This document shows positions 23,028-36,045 of a stretch of DNA of 64,000 nt, piece after piece; positions within the stretch are counted from its first letter, which is position 1, and the number at the start of each line of letters is the position of its first letter. The translations under genes and the position numbers were made by a program. The DNA comes from Octopus sinensis (taxonomy: Eukaryota), in assembly GCF_006345805.1 (NCBI RefSeq), contig NC_042998.1:28768001-28832000 (forward strand), in the 5' to 3' direction. Under the pieces are notes generated by a model. That model was not told the DNA's origin, did not search any database, and worked only from the letters and a program-made list of their open reading frames with translations.

Positions 23028-24049
23028 ACGAGGGGACCTCCGATTTGAACGAACGAAAAGCTGTTACAGAATCCCTCACACAGGCCAGTTCGATGCAGCG
23101 AATGTTTTCGCCATGGAAACTCGTCGGAGAGGAGAGAGAGAGATACAACAACAACAACAGCAGCCGCAGGAAGAGACACCGAGAGAGACACAAAGAGGCA
23201 AGGCAACTGGCTTACATTTAACAACTAGTTTATATGACAATCAATTGTTACAACATCAATTACATATCAAGATACATCAAAGCATTTAAGCAACAACACA
23301 TCAAATTCAATACATCATACAGGTATACCACAGATCAAAGCATTTAAACATGCAGATACAATATAACAGTCCGGTAACAACACATCAAGTTCAATAACAA
23401 CAGCATTTCAAGAGTGCACGTCCGGAGACACAGTTCTGTTTCAAAACACATCAACAAGTCCTTTACTCAATTCACAACAGTTCACATTGTTCATTAAATG
23501 TCTCATTTCTTTTCAACATTTCGATACATCGATTCTTTTTCCTTCTTTTTCTTCACATATCAATACACAATTCACATACCTTTAGTTCCTACTAGAATAG
23601 CCAGTGTCCCATATTGCACCTCATCTCTCTCAGTACCGCTAGCTCCAACTTGCCAAACTCTTGCCCCGAATTCCCAAATCCTCGCTCCTAAAATCCCAAC
23701 CGCTCGCTTTGACGACCAAATTCCGACTGTCCAAAACCTCTTGCTCTCTCACCACCCTCAATCCCTCTCTTAGCTCTGCTAATACTCTCCCTATCTGCTC
23801 TTGGTCCTATGTGCCTATCTTCATCGACGCTGTCGCTGTCACTCTCTCACGACAGCTCTCAGATTCCTTAATCTGTCTTCCTCGGCCCTCACATCTCTCT
23901 GACCCCTAATCGACCGGCACAACGCCAAAGGTCCTTCCAAAAGCCATCAGTCTTCCGTAAACAAAGGACTATAATTTTGTACTGTAGACTTCCCGACTCC
24001 ACTCTCAACAAAGTAGGTCAAGAAATACTGTACCAGCCGAACCACAACA
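23024..24049. mobile_element. Solo LTR (~1026 bp)
   Basis: TGTT...AACA termini, CpG-rich unique interior, inserted in (TA)n with ATAT on both sides. Confidence 0.7.
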
Positions 24050-24076
24050 ATATATATATATATATATGAGAGAGAG

Positions 24077-24515
24077 ACGCAGGTGTTACTATATGGTAGG
24101 AAGCTCGCTTCCCAACCACATGATTCTGAGTTCAGTGGCACCTTGGGTAAGTTCTTTTTTACTATAGCCTTAGACCCACCAAAGCCTTGTGAGTTGATTT
24201 AGTGGAGGGAAACTGAAAGAAGCTCATTGTATATATATATATATATAATGACCATTATATTTAACTTGTTTTATATAGTATGGATATAAGTGTGTGTGTG
24301 TATGTCTTTGTGTCTGTGTTTGGCCCCCACCCTCTACTTGACAACTGGTGATTGTTTGTTTATGTCCCTATAACTTAACAGCTTGGCAAAAGCAACCAAA
24401 AGAATAAGTATTAGCTGAAACAAATAAATAAGTACTGGAACCGATTCATTTGACTAAAATTAATTTTTCAAGGTGGTGCTCCAATATGGCCACAGTGTAA
24501 TGACTGAAACAAGTA
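24077..24515 (+). mobile_element. Family B SINE (diverged)
   Basis: Head, GGCACCTTGGGTAAG core, tail. Confidence 0.75.
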
Positions 24516-24754
24516 CTTATGAAAGTTTTAACAACACCCTCTTGTTTGAGGATAAAGAAAATTACGAAAGCAAACCAGTGAAAAACAAAAGCAAACCATT
24601 TAAAAGATAAGAGTGAAATACTTTCTCATTTAGCTCTTCATCTAGAGAAAACTTCCAGTGATATTCAAGCAGTAAAGATATTTCCAGAATTTTTATTTAT
24701 TTATTTATTTATTTTATATGAATTTTTTTGCAAGATTTTTATTAACCTTGTCAG

Positions 24755-24935
24755 TGTTGGAGTCATGTAAAAAGCACCCAGTACTTACTGTAAAGAGGTT
24801 GGTGTTAGGAAGGGCATCCACATGTAGAAACCATGCCAAAACGAACATTGGGGCCTAGTACTGCTTCTGACTTTGCCAGTGGCTGTCGAAACCGTCCAAC
24901 TCATGCCAACATAGATAAACAGACATTAAATGATG
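24755..24935 (+). mobile_element. RTE LINE 3'UTR fragment with GAT tail
   Basis: GTAAAAAGCACCC..GGAAGGGCATCC..ATTAAATGATGATGAT. Confidence 0.7.
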
Positions 24936-25169
24936 ATGATAATGGTGGTGATTGCCAGACTGGTTTAGAGAATATATTGCATGCAATAAATACCCACAAT
25001 GGTCTTCACTTGGTTAATGGCTCTTTAAAATAGCAGCTCCATTTCCACCACATTGTGTTAAGTTTCCATTGAAAAGAATTATATTTTATCTATCCGCATG
25101 ACATACCAATTTTTACAGCAACTTTAAATAACTGAAGCAGTGAAAAAAAAATGCAGTTATTGAAAGGAA

Positions 25170-25710
25170 ATTGAAAGAAGTTGATGCATTGATTAATCTA
25201 AACAAATGCATTAATTATTTATCTTCCATAGATTCCCTGGGAATGGATGTGATCTAACGATTATCTGATAGAGAAATCCAATGGAATATTATCCTTAAAT
25301 TGAAAGAAGAATCTGCAAAATATTTAAGATTAGTTAACTTCTATTGTCAGTTTTTACCAAATGTTGCAGACCTCATATTGCAGTGAAAAGAATATTTTTG
25401 AGAAATGCACCAAGAGCAGGTTTTTAAGAAGACAAAAGAAATTCATACACAATACATTTTTTTAGCAATATTCTCTACTGTGTGTGAAACAGCTGTTACT
25501 TTTGATGTCATACAATTGGCCACAGCAAGAATATTATCTCAAAATGGAAAGCCTAGACAAAATGTTAATCATAAATGTTTTCAAAGATATTGGAGATGTT
25601 GGAGAAGGTAATTCTGATGTAATCTCCAAAGAATGAAACCTTTTCTATGAGGAAATTCTTTCACGCTGGATTCTAGTCATCAGCCATTACAATTCATCCT
25701 TTGAACGAGC
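25170..25710 (+). pseudogene. Decayed Gypsy/Ty3 RT-RNase H fragment
   Basis: LKEVDALINLNKC..SSIDSLG; YLRLVNFYCQFLPNVADL; EQVFKKTKE; VTFDVIQLATARILSQNGKP; FL*GNSFTLDSSHQPL follow Gypsy pol motif order (LN..KC, FLG..NYY..FIP, DAS..G..L.Q, F.L.TDH.PL). Confidence 0.75.
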
Positions 25711-26769
25711 TTGAATCATAAAGGGGACTTTTTTCTGTGAATTGCAAGGTGGACTTTGATATTAACCCAATAAAGTTTCAGATGTTGAAATCACTCACAT
25801 ATCTGATAAATCATCAGGCATGTTGATACTCTGAGCAAACTAATGATAATCAACTATGTAAACGAGTGTGCATTTATGTATGTATTTATATATGTCATCA
25901 AAAGTCTTTAAAACTGTGTCCTAGAGAAAAACGAATTTGATTTTCCAAATTTGCATCCCAAGGGAAAAACTTTAGATTATTAGTAATCAAAAAATATATT
26001 TTGTACTGAGAAATAACACAATTTCAGCTCACTAACATTCAGCTCATGATTACCTGAATGTATTTGCATTGCATGCTATAACTCTCTGCCTATCTACCTC
26101 TCTCGCTTTATCTATCTGTCTTTTATGTTTTCCCCCTCTCTCTCTCTACATTTACCACACACTCTCACTCTCCCTTTATATGTATATCCCTCATTCATGC
26201 TCCTCTCCCTCTCTATATCTCAAATAATGCAAGTCAGTCAGATGTCTATGTAACTCCACCTCTCTCTGTGCCTTTTATGCTTTCTCAATGTAAAATTTCT
26301 CCCTCTCTGTCTATATTTACCACACTCTCTCTCCCCCCTCTCTCTTTGTATATGTACATTTTGTATGCTGAGCGTGTATATGTTTATATTGTATTGAGTC
26401 AAATATTTTTCTATATTTTTGTAACTTACCGGTTTTGTCTGTCAAGTTACAACAAAAGCAGTCTAGCATACAAAGTAGAGGCCATCGTCTTGTGTCATCT
26501 GAAGCCACATTTCTGCCAGTTCTTTGATCCAATACTGATATGAATTCTTGTTCTTTGAGGTGACCTGAACATAGGATACATTTGTTTCAATGGAATGCAC
26601 TCAAGCGCTTCCATCACACAGACTCAGGAGACAATATCTCATTTCATTTCAAACAACTTTAATTTCCAGCAAGTCTTAGTTTTTCCACGACCATCAACAA
26701 ATCACAAGGGCAAAACGTTTTTGATTGCTAGTTTACACCTTAACCCTTTCGTTACTGTATTTCTGTTGA

Positions 26770-27471
26770 GTTGCTCTGTGTTTCTTTCAATTAATTTTAA
26801 ATATAACAAGGAATTTATTAAAATAACTTAGTTATCATTAAGCTAGTGTTAGGAACATAAATTGTGACTCAGGTTTGGTGGAAGATTTTAATTCAAAACA
26901 TTTGAAAACAAGACATTTGTACTACAGAACCAGAGGTGGTTTCAGTCAGGTTGGTATCAAAAGAGTTAAATGCTGAAGTGTTAATCTCTCAACCTGCACA
27001 AAGACACTTCCTTCAGTGCTTCTCCATCTCCCAGCTGAGGGCTTTTTGTCTTGTAATTTACTTGGTGCCACATACAAAGTACCAGTGCTAATGCCACATC
27101 CAGAGCACCTAGTGCACTCCTTAACCCTTTTGTTACCATATTTCTGTTGAGATGCTCTGTTTTTTTCAATTAATTTTAAATATAACAAAAAATTTTGTAA
27201 AATAACTCGGTTATCATTTAGCTAGTGGTAGGAAGATAAATTGTGACTAAGGTTTGGTGGAAGATTTTAATTCAAAATTTATGGAAACAAGACATTTGTA
27301 CTACAGAACCAGAGGTGGTTTTAGGTGGGTTGGTATCAAAAGGGTTAGATTAATCATTTGTTAACCCTTTTGTTACCATATTTTTGTTGAGATGCTCTGT
27401 GTTTCTTTCAATTAATTTTAAATATAACAAAGAATTTAGTAAAATAACTTAGTTATCATTCAGCTAGTGTT
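26770..27471. mobile_element. Three piggyBac-like MITE copies (TTAA-flanked)
   Basis: TTAACCCTT...AAG(A/G)GTTA(A/G) units at 26770-26969, 27121-27348 and a partial at 27361-27471. Confidence 0.8.
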
Positions 27472-27594
27472 AAATAAGAAATACTAAAGTAAGCGCTTTA
27501 CATTGATGGCGCAATGTTGATAACAATATTGATTTCAAATTTTGGCACAAATAGTGTGTGTGTCTGTGTGTGCTGTCTTTATTCTTAAGATATA

Positions 27595-27820
27595 TATTTC
27601 TTTACTGCTCACGAGGGGCTAAACATAGAGGGGACAAACAAAGACAGACAAAGGGATTAAGTCGATTACATCGCCCCCAGTTTGTAACTGGTACTTAATT
27701 TAAGGCCCCCCGTAAGGATGAAGGGCAAAGTCGACCTCGGCGGAATTTGAACTCATAACGTAGTGGCAGATGAAATACAGCTACGCATTTTGCCCAGTGT
27801 GCTAACGCTTCTGCCAGATT
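27595..27820 (-). mobile_element. Family A SINE
   Basis: Reverse complement of the family A consensus. Confidence 0.8.
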
Positions 27821-28127
27821 CTTTAGATATAGCAATCTCCTGTTGGTCACATCATTCTTCCACTTCCTCCTGTCCATTGCTACTTTGCTCCAAACTAGTC
27901 ACGTTCCTCCCTCCATTAGCCTTATGTATTCTTCAATGTTATCCCCCAAACTCACTTTCTGGCTGCCATTCCTCAACTCCCCCCATTAAATCACACCTAT
28001 GGTTCTTTTCATCCATCTATTTTCCTCTCTTCTGCCTAAATTACCTGTCTCCATCTCCTCCACTTTATTTTCGCTATTTCATCAATCATATCTCAAACCT
28101 TGCTTTTTCTTTCATATCTCTCAACAC

Positions 28128-28358
28128 TTAACCCTTTCGTCATTGTATTTATGATGAAATTCACTGTCCATAAAATGATACAGTAAAAAAAAAACTGACT
28201 TCATTATTAAACTGTTGCTTGGAACATAACTTAATAAAAATGTTCTTTGATAAAATTATGAGAACAGGCTAAAGCATAAATATAAACACTTCAAAATAGC
28301 CTGTTTTGTATGAGAAAAGCAGGAGCAGTATTAAGCGTGTTAGTATCAAAAGAGTTAA
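28128..28358. mobile_element. piggyBac-like MITE, diverged
   Basis: TTAACCCTTTCG...TATCAAAAGAGTTAA. Confidence 0.6.
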
Positions 28359-28619
28359 TTCTGTATTTTACTTTTCACAGCATATTGTATTGTTGCGATT
28401 CTCTTTTTCATCTTCTGGCTCACGTTCCATCCTCCACTCCTGTGTACAATTGTTGGTGATATGTTTTAGTTGAACATTTCCTATATTACGATAAGGATAA
28501 TAGTTTCATAGCAAACTGTGTTACTCTGCCTTCTGAAGCGATTCTATCCCACTGTTACATTCGTTCTCATCTCTTCTGTAATTGGTGTGTTATACTAACC
28601 ATCATTGTCATCATCGAAA

Positions 28620-29195
28620 ATGTGGAGAGCTGGCAGAATCATTAGCACACCAAACGAAACAGCGGTATTTTGTCTGTCATCACGTTCTGAGTTCAAATGC
28701 CGCTGGAGTCGACTTTGCCTTTCATCATTCCGGGGTCGATAAATTAAGTACCAGTTATGCATTGGGGTCGATATAATCGACTTAATCCGTCTGTTTGTCC
28801 TTGTTTGCTTCCTCTGTGTGTAGCCCCTTGTGGGCAATAAAGAAATAGGTATTTCATCTGTCATCGTGTTCTGAGCTCAAATGCCGCTGGAGTCAATTTT
28901 GCCTTTCAATCTTTCGGGGTCGATTGAATAAGTACCAGTTATGCACTGGGGTCGATATAATCGACTTGGTCCATTTGTCTGTCCTTGTTTGTCCTCTCTG
29001 TGTTTAGCCCCGTGTGGGTAGTAAAGAAATAGGTATATCGTCTGCCATCACATTCTGAGTTCAAATGCCGCTGGAGTTGATTTGCCTTTCATCCTTTCGG
29101 GGGTCGATTAAATAAGTACCAGTTACACACTGGAGTTGATGTAATCGACTCATCCCCTTTCCTCAAATTTCAGGCCTTTTGTCTATCATAGAAAG
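28620..29195 (+). mobile_element. Trimeric family A SINE
   Basis: One head and three ~180-bp B-box/body units sharing the variant AAATGCCGCTGGAG. Confidence 0.9.
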
Positions 29196-29199
29196 AATT

Positions 29200-29480
29200 G
29201 TCATCATCCTTTAATGTCTGTTTTCCATGCTGGCATGCATTGGGTGGTTTCACAGGAGCTAACAAGCCAGAAAGCTACACCAGCCTCCTGTTGTCTATTT
29301 TGGCATTGTTTCTATAGCTGGATGCCCTCCCTAATGCCAACCACTTTACAGAGGGTGCTGGGAGCTTTTTACATGGCACCGGCTCCATTGCCTTTTACAT
29401 AGCGCTGCCATGAGTGCCATTTACATAGCAAAAGCATGGATGCTTTTTTATGCGGCACAAGCATCTGTGTTTTTTACATG
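29200..29480 (-). mobile_element. RTE LINE 3'UTR copy (diverged)
   Basis: TTTTCCATGCTGGCATG..GCTGGATGCCCTCCCTAATGCCAACCAC. Confidence 0.7.
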
Positions 29481-29489
29481 GCACCTGCA

Positions 29490-30945
29490 TATATGGCTGC
29501 CCACACCATTGAAACCACTGAAAATTGGGTTTTGAGTTATTTGAACACTCTGCACACAGACCAGATGTTGCCCTTTCTGAATATCCTCCTCTTTCATTGG
29601 CTCAGACATCTTTTACAATGTTGTTGATTTGCTATGGTCAAAAAAGTGCAGGGCCTTCTTTTTCATTGGTGTTTCTGGCTGTTTTCATGCCATATTTTGC
29701 TTTTTGTATCCTGGTTCAAAGTTATGATTATATTCTCCAAGAAAACTTCCCCTTCTCCATTGTTGTGGTTAAATAAGTACTGACAGGTTTCCTCCCAATT
29801 GCCCTTAGATATTTTGGTAAGCTCTTCTTGGCATCCACCTTGCACAGGCATCACAGAAGTGAACCTTGTCATGGATGATTTCATATGCAGAACCATGACT
29901 AATTTTCAGAGAATATGGACACAAAACTCTGCTTGCGAAGACCTGTTGAGGCAAGTGAAATCGAAATTGAATTCGAAATCGAACAACATCCGACAACTGG
30001 CACCCATGCCAAACTCCCTTCATTGGACACTAAACTCTGCTTGCAAAGACCTGTTGGGGCAAGTGAAATCGAAATTGAGCCAAATCCTATGACTGGCACC
30101 CGGCCGTTACCAGTGCCGCTGGACTGACTCCTGTTCAAGTGGCAAGTAAAGAAACACCGTTTCGACCCTGTGTGTGAGGAGACCTATTGAGTCAAGTACA
30201 TCAACATCAAAAATCAATGGAAATTGTAGTTGTGATCCCTGTGCCGGTGGCACGTAAAAAGCACCATCCGAATGTGGCTGATGCCAGTGCTGCCTTGACT
30301 GGCTTCTGTGTCGGTGGCACGTACAGAGCACCCACTACACTCACAGAGTGGTTGGCATTAGGAAGGGCATCCAGCTGTAGAAACACTGCCAGATCAGACT
30401 GGAGCCTGGTACAGCCTTCTGGCTTCCTAGACCCCCGGTCAAACCGTCCAAGCCATGCTAGCATGGAAAACGGATGTTAAATGATGAGGATGATGATGAT
30501 GCCACCTTATCAGTGATCACTTGTCAGTTCACCAGAACCATATCATGAGCATGTCGAATCTTCATCTTGACGGGTGTCTGCCCCTCTCAATGCTTCTCTC
30601 TTATCCAGACATATTTAAACTTTTCAATACAGTCATACACACTTCTACATGTCCCTGTATTGTACAGAAAGCCTCTGCAACAAATTTCAATCTGACACAC
30701 ATTCAGACCAGAGAAAGCAGATCACTGACCTCTGTTCTTCCATAGTGGACACTACCAGTAGTGCAGCCATGTTTAATCTGTAACACACAAAAATAGACCA
30801 GACTGACCAAGGTCAGTTCCTGGTTATGTGACTGCAAGAGTTAAGTAATTACATTTACGTCTGTCAGTTTGCAAGCACTGAAAGCAGTGCATCCAACCTA
30901 AAGAAAGCAATGGCAAAAGTGCTGATAATTTTTGACTTCTCCTTG
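29490..30945 (-). pseudogene. Mariner (DD34D-type) element remnant, split by an RTE insertion and partly inverted
   Basis: 5' TIR TA|CAAGGAGAAGTCAAAAATTATC ending 30945; ATG at 30770 MAALLVVSTMEEQRSVICFLWSE..; resumes at ~29905 ISHGSAYEIIHDKVHF..CARWMPR..EGEVFLENII..HNFEP; C-terminal HMAAHT..GFELFEHSAHRPDVALSEY is on the plus strand at ~29490-29610. Confidence 0.8.
29906..30500 (+). mobile_element. RTE LINE 3'UTR copy nested in the mariner
   Basis: Full UTR through ATGATGAGGATGATGATG tail; mariner reading frame continues on both sides. Confidence 0.85.
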
Positions 30946-31006
30946 TACAGACTTTTACACTTACACTCATGCGTGAAGAGACAGAGAGAGTAAGATTACA
31001 TATACA

Positions 31007-31573
31007 CAAGGCGGTGAGCTGGCAGAAACGTTAGCACGCGAGGAAAAAGTGCATATCGGTATTTCGTCTGCTGCTACGTTCTGAGTTCAAATTCCGCCAA
31101 GGTCAACTTTGCCTTTCATCCTTTCAGTCGACTTAATCCGTTTATCTGTCCTTGTTTGTCCTTTCTGTATTTAGCCCCTTGTGGGTAGTAAAGAAATAGG
31201 TATTTCGTCTGCCGTTACGTTCTGAGTTCAAATTCCACCGAGGTCGACTTTGCCTTTCATCCTTTCAGCGTCGATTAAATAAGTACCAGTTACGCACTGG
31301 GGTCGATATAATCGACTTAATCTGTCTGTCTGTCCTTGTTTGTCCTCTCTGTGTTTAGCCCCTTGTGGGTAGTAAAGAAATAGGCATTTTGTCTGCCGCT
31401 ACATTCTGAGTTCAAATTCTGCCGAGGTCAACTTTGCCTTTCTTCCTTTTGGGGTCGATTAAATAAGTACCAGTTATGCACTGGAGTTGATATAATCAAC
31501 TTAATCCATTTGTCTATCCTTGTTTGTCCTCCCTGTGTTTAGCCCCTTGTGGGCAGTAAAGAAAGAGATAAGG
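31007..31573 (+). mobile_element. Trimeric family A SINE with 11-bp TSD
   Basis: TTACATATACA at 30996-31006 and 31574-31584. Confidence 0.9.
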
Positions 31574-31596
31574 TTACATATACAACTGTGTGTCAT

Positions 31597-32405
31597 AATC
31601 ATCACTATCGTTTAATGTCCACTTTCCATACTGGCATGGGTTGGATGGTTTGACTGATGACTGGTGAGCCAGAAGGCTGCACCAGGCTCCAATCTGATTT
31701 GGCAAAGTTTCTACAGCTTGATGCCCTTCCTAATGGCAATCACTCCCAGAGTGTAGTGGGTGCATTTACATGCCATCAGCACGAGGGCCAGTCAGGCAGT
31801 TCCGGCAGCAACCATGCTCAAAAGGTTTTTTTTACATGCTACCTGCATGGGAGCTAGTCCAGTGGCACTGCAACGACTACACTTGAATGGTGCTTTTCAA
31901 GTGCCACCAGCATGGGAGCCACTCTGTGGCCCTAGCAATGATTACACTCAGATGTGCTTTTAACACTCCACTAGCACAAGTGGCAATCAGTCAGCACTGT
32001 CATCGGCCACATCAGTGATTTTGATTTGATTTCACTTGCCTCATTAGGTCTTCGCAAGCAAAGTTCATTGTCTAATGAATGAAGGGTACTCATAAGTGTG
32101 TGCGTATATTATATATCTAATGGTGAATAAAGAATACCAAAAAAATTTCCACTTTCATCTTTCAATATTATCATCATCGTTTAACGTCTGTTTTCCATAC
32201 TAGCATGGGTTGGACGGTTCGGCTGGGGTCTGGGAAGCCAGGAGGCTGCACCAGACTTCAGTCTGATCTGGCAGAGTTTCTACAGCTGGATGCCTTTCCT
32301 AATGCCAACCACTCCGTAAGTGTAGTGGGTGCTTTTTACATGCCACTGGCACAGGGGCCAGGGGAGGCTGGCAGCGTCCACGATCGGTTGGTGCTTTTTA
32401 CATGG
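31597..32405 (-). mobile_element. Two RTE LINE 3'UTR copies (31597-32095 and 32168-32405)
   Basis: Each has the CATC..GTTTAA(C/T)GTC tail and the shared core. Confidence 0.85.
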
Positions 32406-32431
32406 CGAAAATATTTACCAATAGTTTTGAA

Positions 32432-32609
32432 GTGCAGGAGGAGCTGTGTAGTAAGTAGCTTGCTTACCAACCACATGGTTCCAGGTTCAGTCCCACTGTG
32501 TGGTACCTTGTGGCAAGTGTCTCCTACTATAGCCTCGGACCGACCAAAGCCTTGTGAGTGGATTTGGTAGACAGGAAGTAAAAGAAGCCCGTCGTAGATA
32601 TATATATAT

Positions 32610-32657
<48 letters not shown>

Positions 32658-33040
32658 TATTATTTTATTTATATATTAATTAGGGAATAAAAATTCCGGT
32701 GTCACAGGGATTCAAATAAATTGAATTATTCTCGATAAGGAAATATATGTCATTTAGAGATAGAAGTCCTAATATACATCACACCATATCATAGAATTTT
32801 ATTTTAATACTTACTATTTCAGTTCCATATATATATGTATTTGTGAGTCTGTGTTTGTCCCCCAACCATCACTTGACAACCGATGTTGGTGTGTTTACAT
32901 CCCTGTTACTCAGTGGTTTGACAAAAATGAGCGATGGAATAAGTATTAGACTTACAAAGAATAAGTGCTGGGGTCGATTTGTTCGACTAAAGGTGGTGCT
33001 CCACCATGGCCACAGTCAAATGACTAAGCAAATAAAATAG
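32432..33040 (+). mobile_element. Family B SINE with an internal AT-rich insertion
   Basis: Head 32432-32600; 3' half 32830-33040. Confidence 0.8.
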
Positions 33041-33063
33041 TAAGAGAATATATATATATAAAT

Positions 33064-33360
33064 AAGGGCACATGGCTTAGTGGTTAGGGAGTTGCAAGAT
33101 CATGGGTTCAATTCCCAGGCCGGGCATTGTGTTGTGTTCTTGAGCAATGTGCTTCAAATCATGTTACTGTGTGATCATTTTCGACACCTGACATGTGGCA
33201 CCCAGTTGCACCTAGTTGCACCTGTACAGGTAATGTCAATTTGACGGAGAGAGAGAGAGCTTCAGTCTAGACAAACATTTCATCACTATAAACAAATCGT
33301 CTGTTTGGTAACAAATTGTCAAACCTTCATACATTGTCTAATGACGGGAGAGTCCGTCAT
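33064..33360 (+). mobile_element. tRNA-derived SINE family D
   Basis: GGGCACATGGCTTAGTGGTTAG (A box)..GGGTTCAATTCCC (B box); 3' end matches 17696-17855. Confidence 0.75.
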
Positions 33361-33425
33361 ATTTACATATATATGCTGCAAATTATGTATACACTTATAT
33401 ATGTGTATATATGTTTATATGTTTA

Positions 33426-33820
33426 GGCGTAGGAGTGGCTGTGTGGTAAGTAGCTTGTTTACCAACCACATGATTCCGGGTTCAGTCCCACTGTATGGCA
33501 TCTTGGGCAAGTATCTTCTACTATAGCCTCGGGTCGACCAAAGCCTTGTGAGTGGATTTGGTAGACGGAAACTGAAAGAAGCCCACTGTATATATGTATA
33601 TATATGTATGTGTATATGTTTGTGTATCTGTGTTTGTTCCCCCAACATCGCTTGACAACCGATGCTGGTGTGTTTACGTCGCTGTAACTTAGCTGTTCAG
33701 CAAAAGAGATTGATAGAATAAGTACTAGGCTTACAAAGAGTAAGTCCTGGGGTCGATTTCCTTGACTAAAGACGGTGCTCCAGCATGGCCACAGTCAAAT
33801 GACAGAAACAAGTAAAGAGT
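33426..33820 (+). mobile_element. Family B CORE-like SINE, near full length
   Basis: GGCGTAGGAGTGGCTGTGTGG..GGGTTCAGTCCC..CTTGGGCAAGT..tail. Confidence 0.9.
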
Positions 33821-33860
33821 ATATATATACATACATATATATATACATACATATATATAA

Positions 33861-33905
<45 letters not shown>

Positions 33906-33964
33906 CACTTATAATGCAATTAGCATATTGAGGCCTGTTAGATTCTGACTCCACCAAACATTTA

Positions 33965-34145
33965 TATCAGATATTATAACAGATGAAAAAAGACTGTTGA
34001 ACAATTACCAGGATGGCTGACATTATATCACAATCATCATCACCACCATCGCCATCATCACCACCATCACCATCATCACCACCACCATCATCATCACCAC
34101 CATTATAATCATTATCATCACCATCATCATCACGACCATCGTCAT
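33965..34145. repeat. (CAT/CAC)n repeat
   Basis: CATCATCACCACC units. Confidence 0.85.
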
Positions 34146-34427
34146 TTAACATTCATTTTCCTCGGTGATTTAGATATGTGTATATATTTATAGATATATT
34201 CTTATCTATATATAATTTTTAATATATATATATACACACACACACATATACATTAAAAATGCATGTATGTATGTATATTCATATGCATGTGTGTATATGT
34301 GTATGTGCATACATGTATGTATATGTATTATATATATATATATAAATTATTTTGGGGGAAGGAACTAAGTGACTCAAAGGCCAATTGTTTCATGCTTTAG
34401 CACTTATCAAACATCACCAAACCTATA

Positions 34428-35376
34428 TATCATCATCATCATCATCATTTAGCGTCCGTTTTCCATGCCAGCATGGGTTGGACGGTTCTACTGGGGTCTG
34501 TGAAGCCAGAAGGCTTCATCAGGCCCAGTCAAATCTGGCAGTGTTTCTACGGCTGGATGCCCTTCCTAACGCCAACCACTCCGTGAGTGTAGTGGGTGCT
34601 TTTTACGTGCCACCCGCACTGGTGCCAGACAGAGCTGGCAAACGGCCACGAACGGATGGTGCTTTTTATGTGCCACCGGCACGAGGGCCAGGCGAGGCTG
34701 GCAACGGACATGAAACGGGGCGGTGCTGGCAACGGTCGCGAAACGGAAAGTTCTCTTACATGCCACCGGCACTGGTACCACATCTGCAATTTCCATTGAT
34801 CGATTTCCATTGATCGATTTCGATTCTGATCCTCACTTGCCTCAATGGGTCTTCACAAGCAGAGTTTCGACATGCCACCGGCACTGGTAGCACATCCGCA
34901 ATTTCCATTGATCGATTTCGATTCTGATCCTCACTTGCGTCAACACGTCTTCACAAGTAGAGTTTTGTGTCCCAAGAAGGGAAGGTATGCATACGTAGGC
35001 TGGCTCCATCCCATGTAGAAGGCCACGGGTTGTGGACTCACTTGTCCTGCCGGGTCTTCTCGCGCACAGCACACTTCCAGAGGTCTCGGTCTCTAGTCAT
35101 TTCCTCAGTGAGACCTAAAGTTCGAAGGTCATGCTTCACCACCTCGTCCCAGGTTTTCCTGGGTCTGCCTCTTCCACAGGTTCCCTCAACCGCTAGGGTG
35201 TGGCACTTTTTCACACAACTATCTTCATCCATTCTCGCCACATGACCATACCAGCGCAAACGTCTCTCTTGCACACCACAACTGATGCTTCTTAGGTCCA
35301 GCTTTTCTCTCAAGGTACTTACACTCTGCCGAGTGTGAGTACCAGCATTACACATCCATCGGAGCATACTGGCTTC
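34428..35376 (-). mobile_element. 5'-truncated RTE-clade LINE: ORF C-terminus (35038-35376) plus complete 3'UTR and (GAT)n tail
   Basis: Uninterrupted [58 protein letters not shown]; RWxGHV and GRPxxxW are RTE C-terminal motifs. Confidence 0.92.
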
Positions 35377-35379
35377 ATG

Positions 35380-35413
35380 TAGATATATATTTATATATAT
35401 AGATACATATATG

Positions 35414-35449
<36 letters not shown>

Positions 35450-35861
35450 CATATATGTATTTATATATGTATATGTATATATACATACATATATGTATTT
35501 ATATATGTATATGTATATATACATACATATATGTATATGTATATGTATATATACATACAATATGTATTTATATATGTATATATATATATAATATACATAC
35601 ATATATGTTTTATATATGTATATATAATATATATATATACATATATGTATTTATATATGTATATATATATATATATATACATACATATATGTATTATATA
35701 TGTATATATATATATATATACATACATATATGTATTTATATATGTATATTATATATATATATATATATATATACATACATATATGTATTATATATGTATA
35801 TATATATATATATATATATAATACATACATATATGTATTTATATATGTATAATATATATAT

Positions 35862-35941
<80 letters not shown>

Positions 35942-36006
35942 TACATACATATATGTATTTATATATGTATATATATATATATCTATATATACAATATATA
36001 TATTTC

Positions 36007-36045
<39 letters not shown>

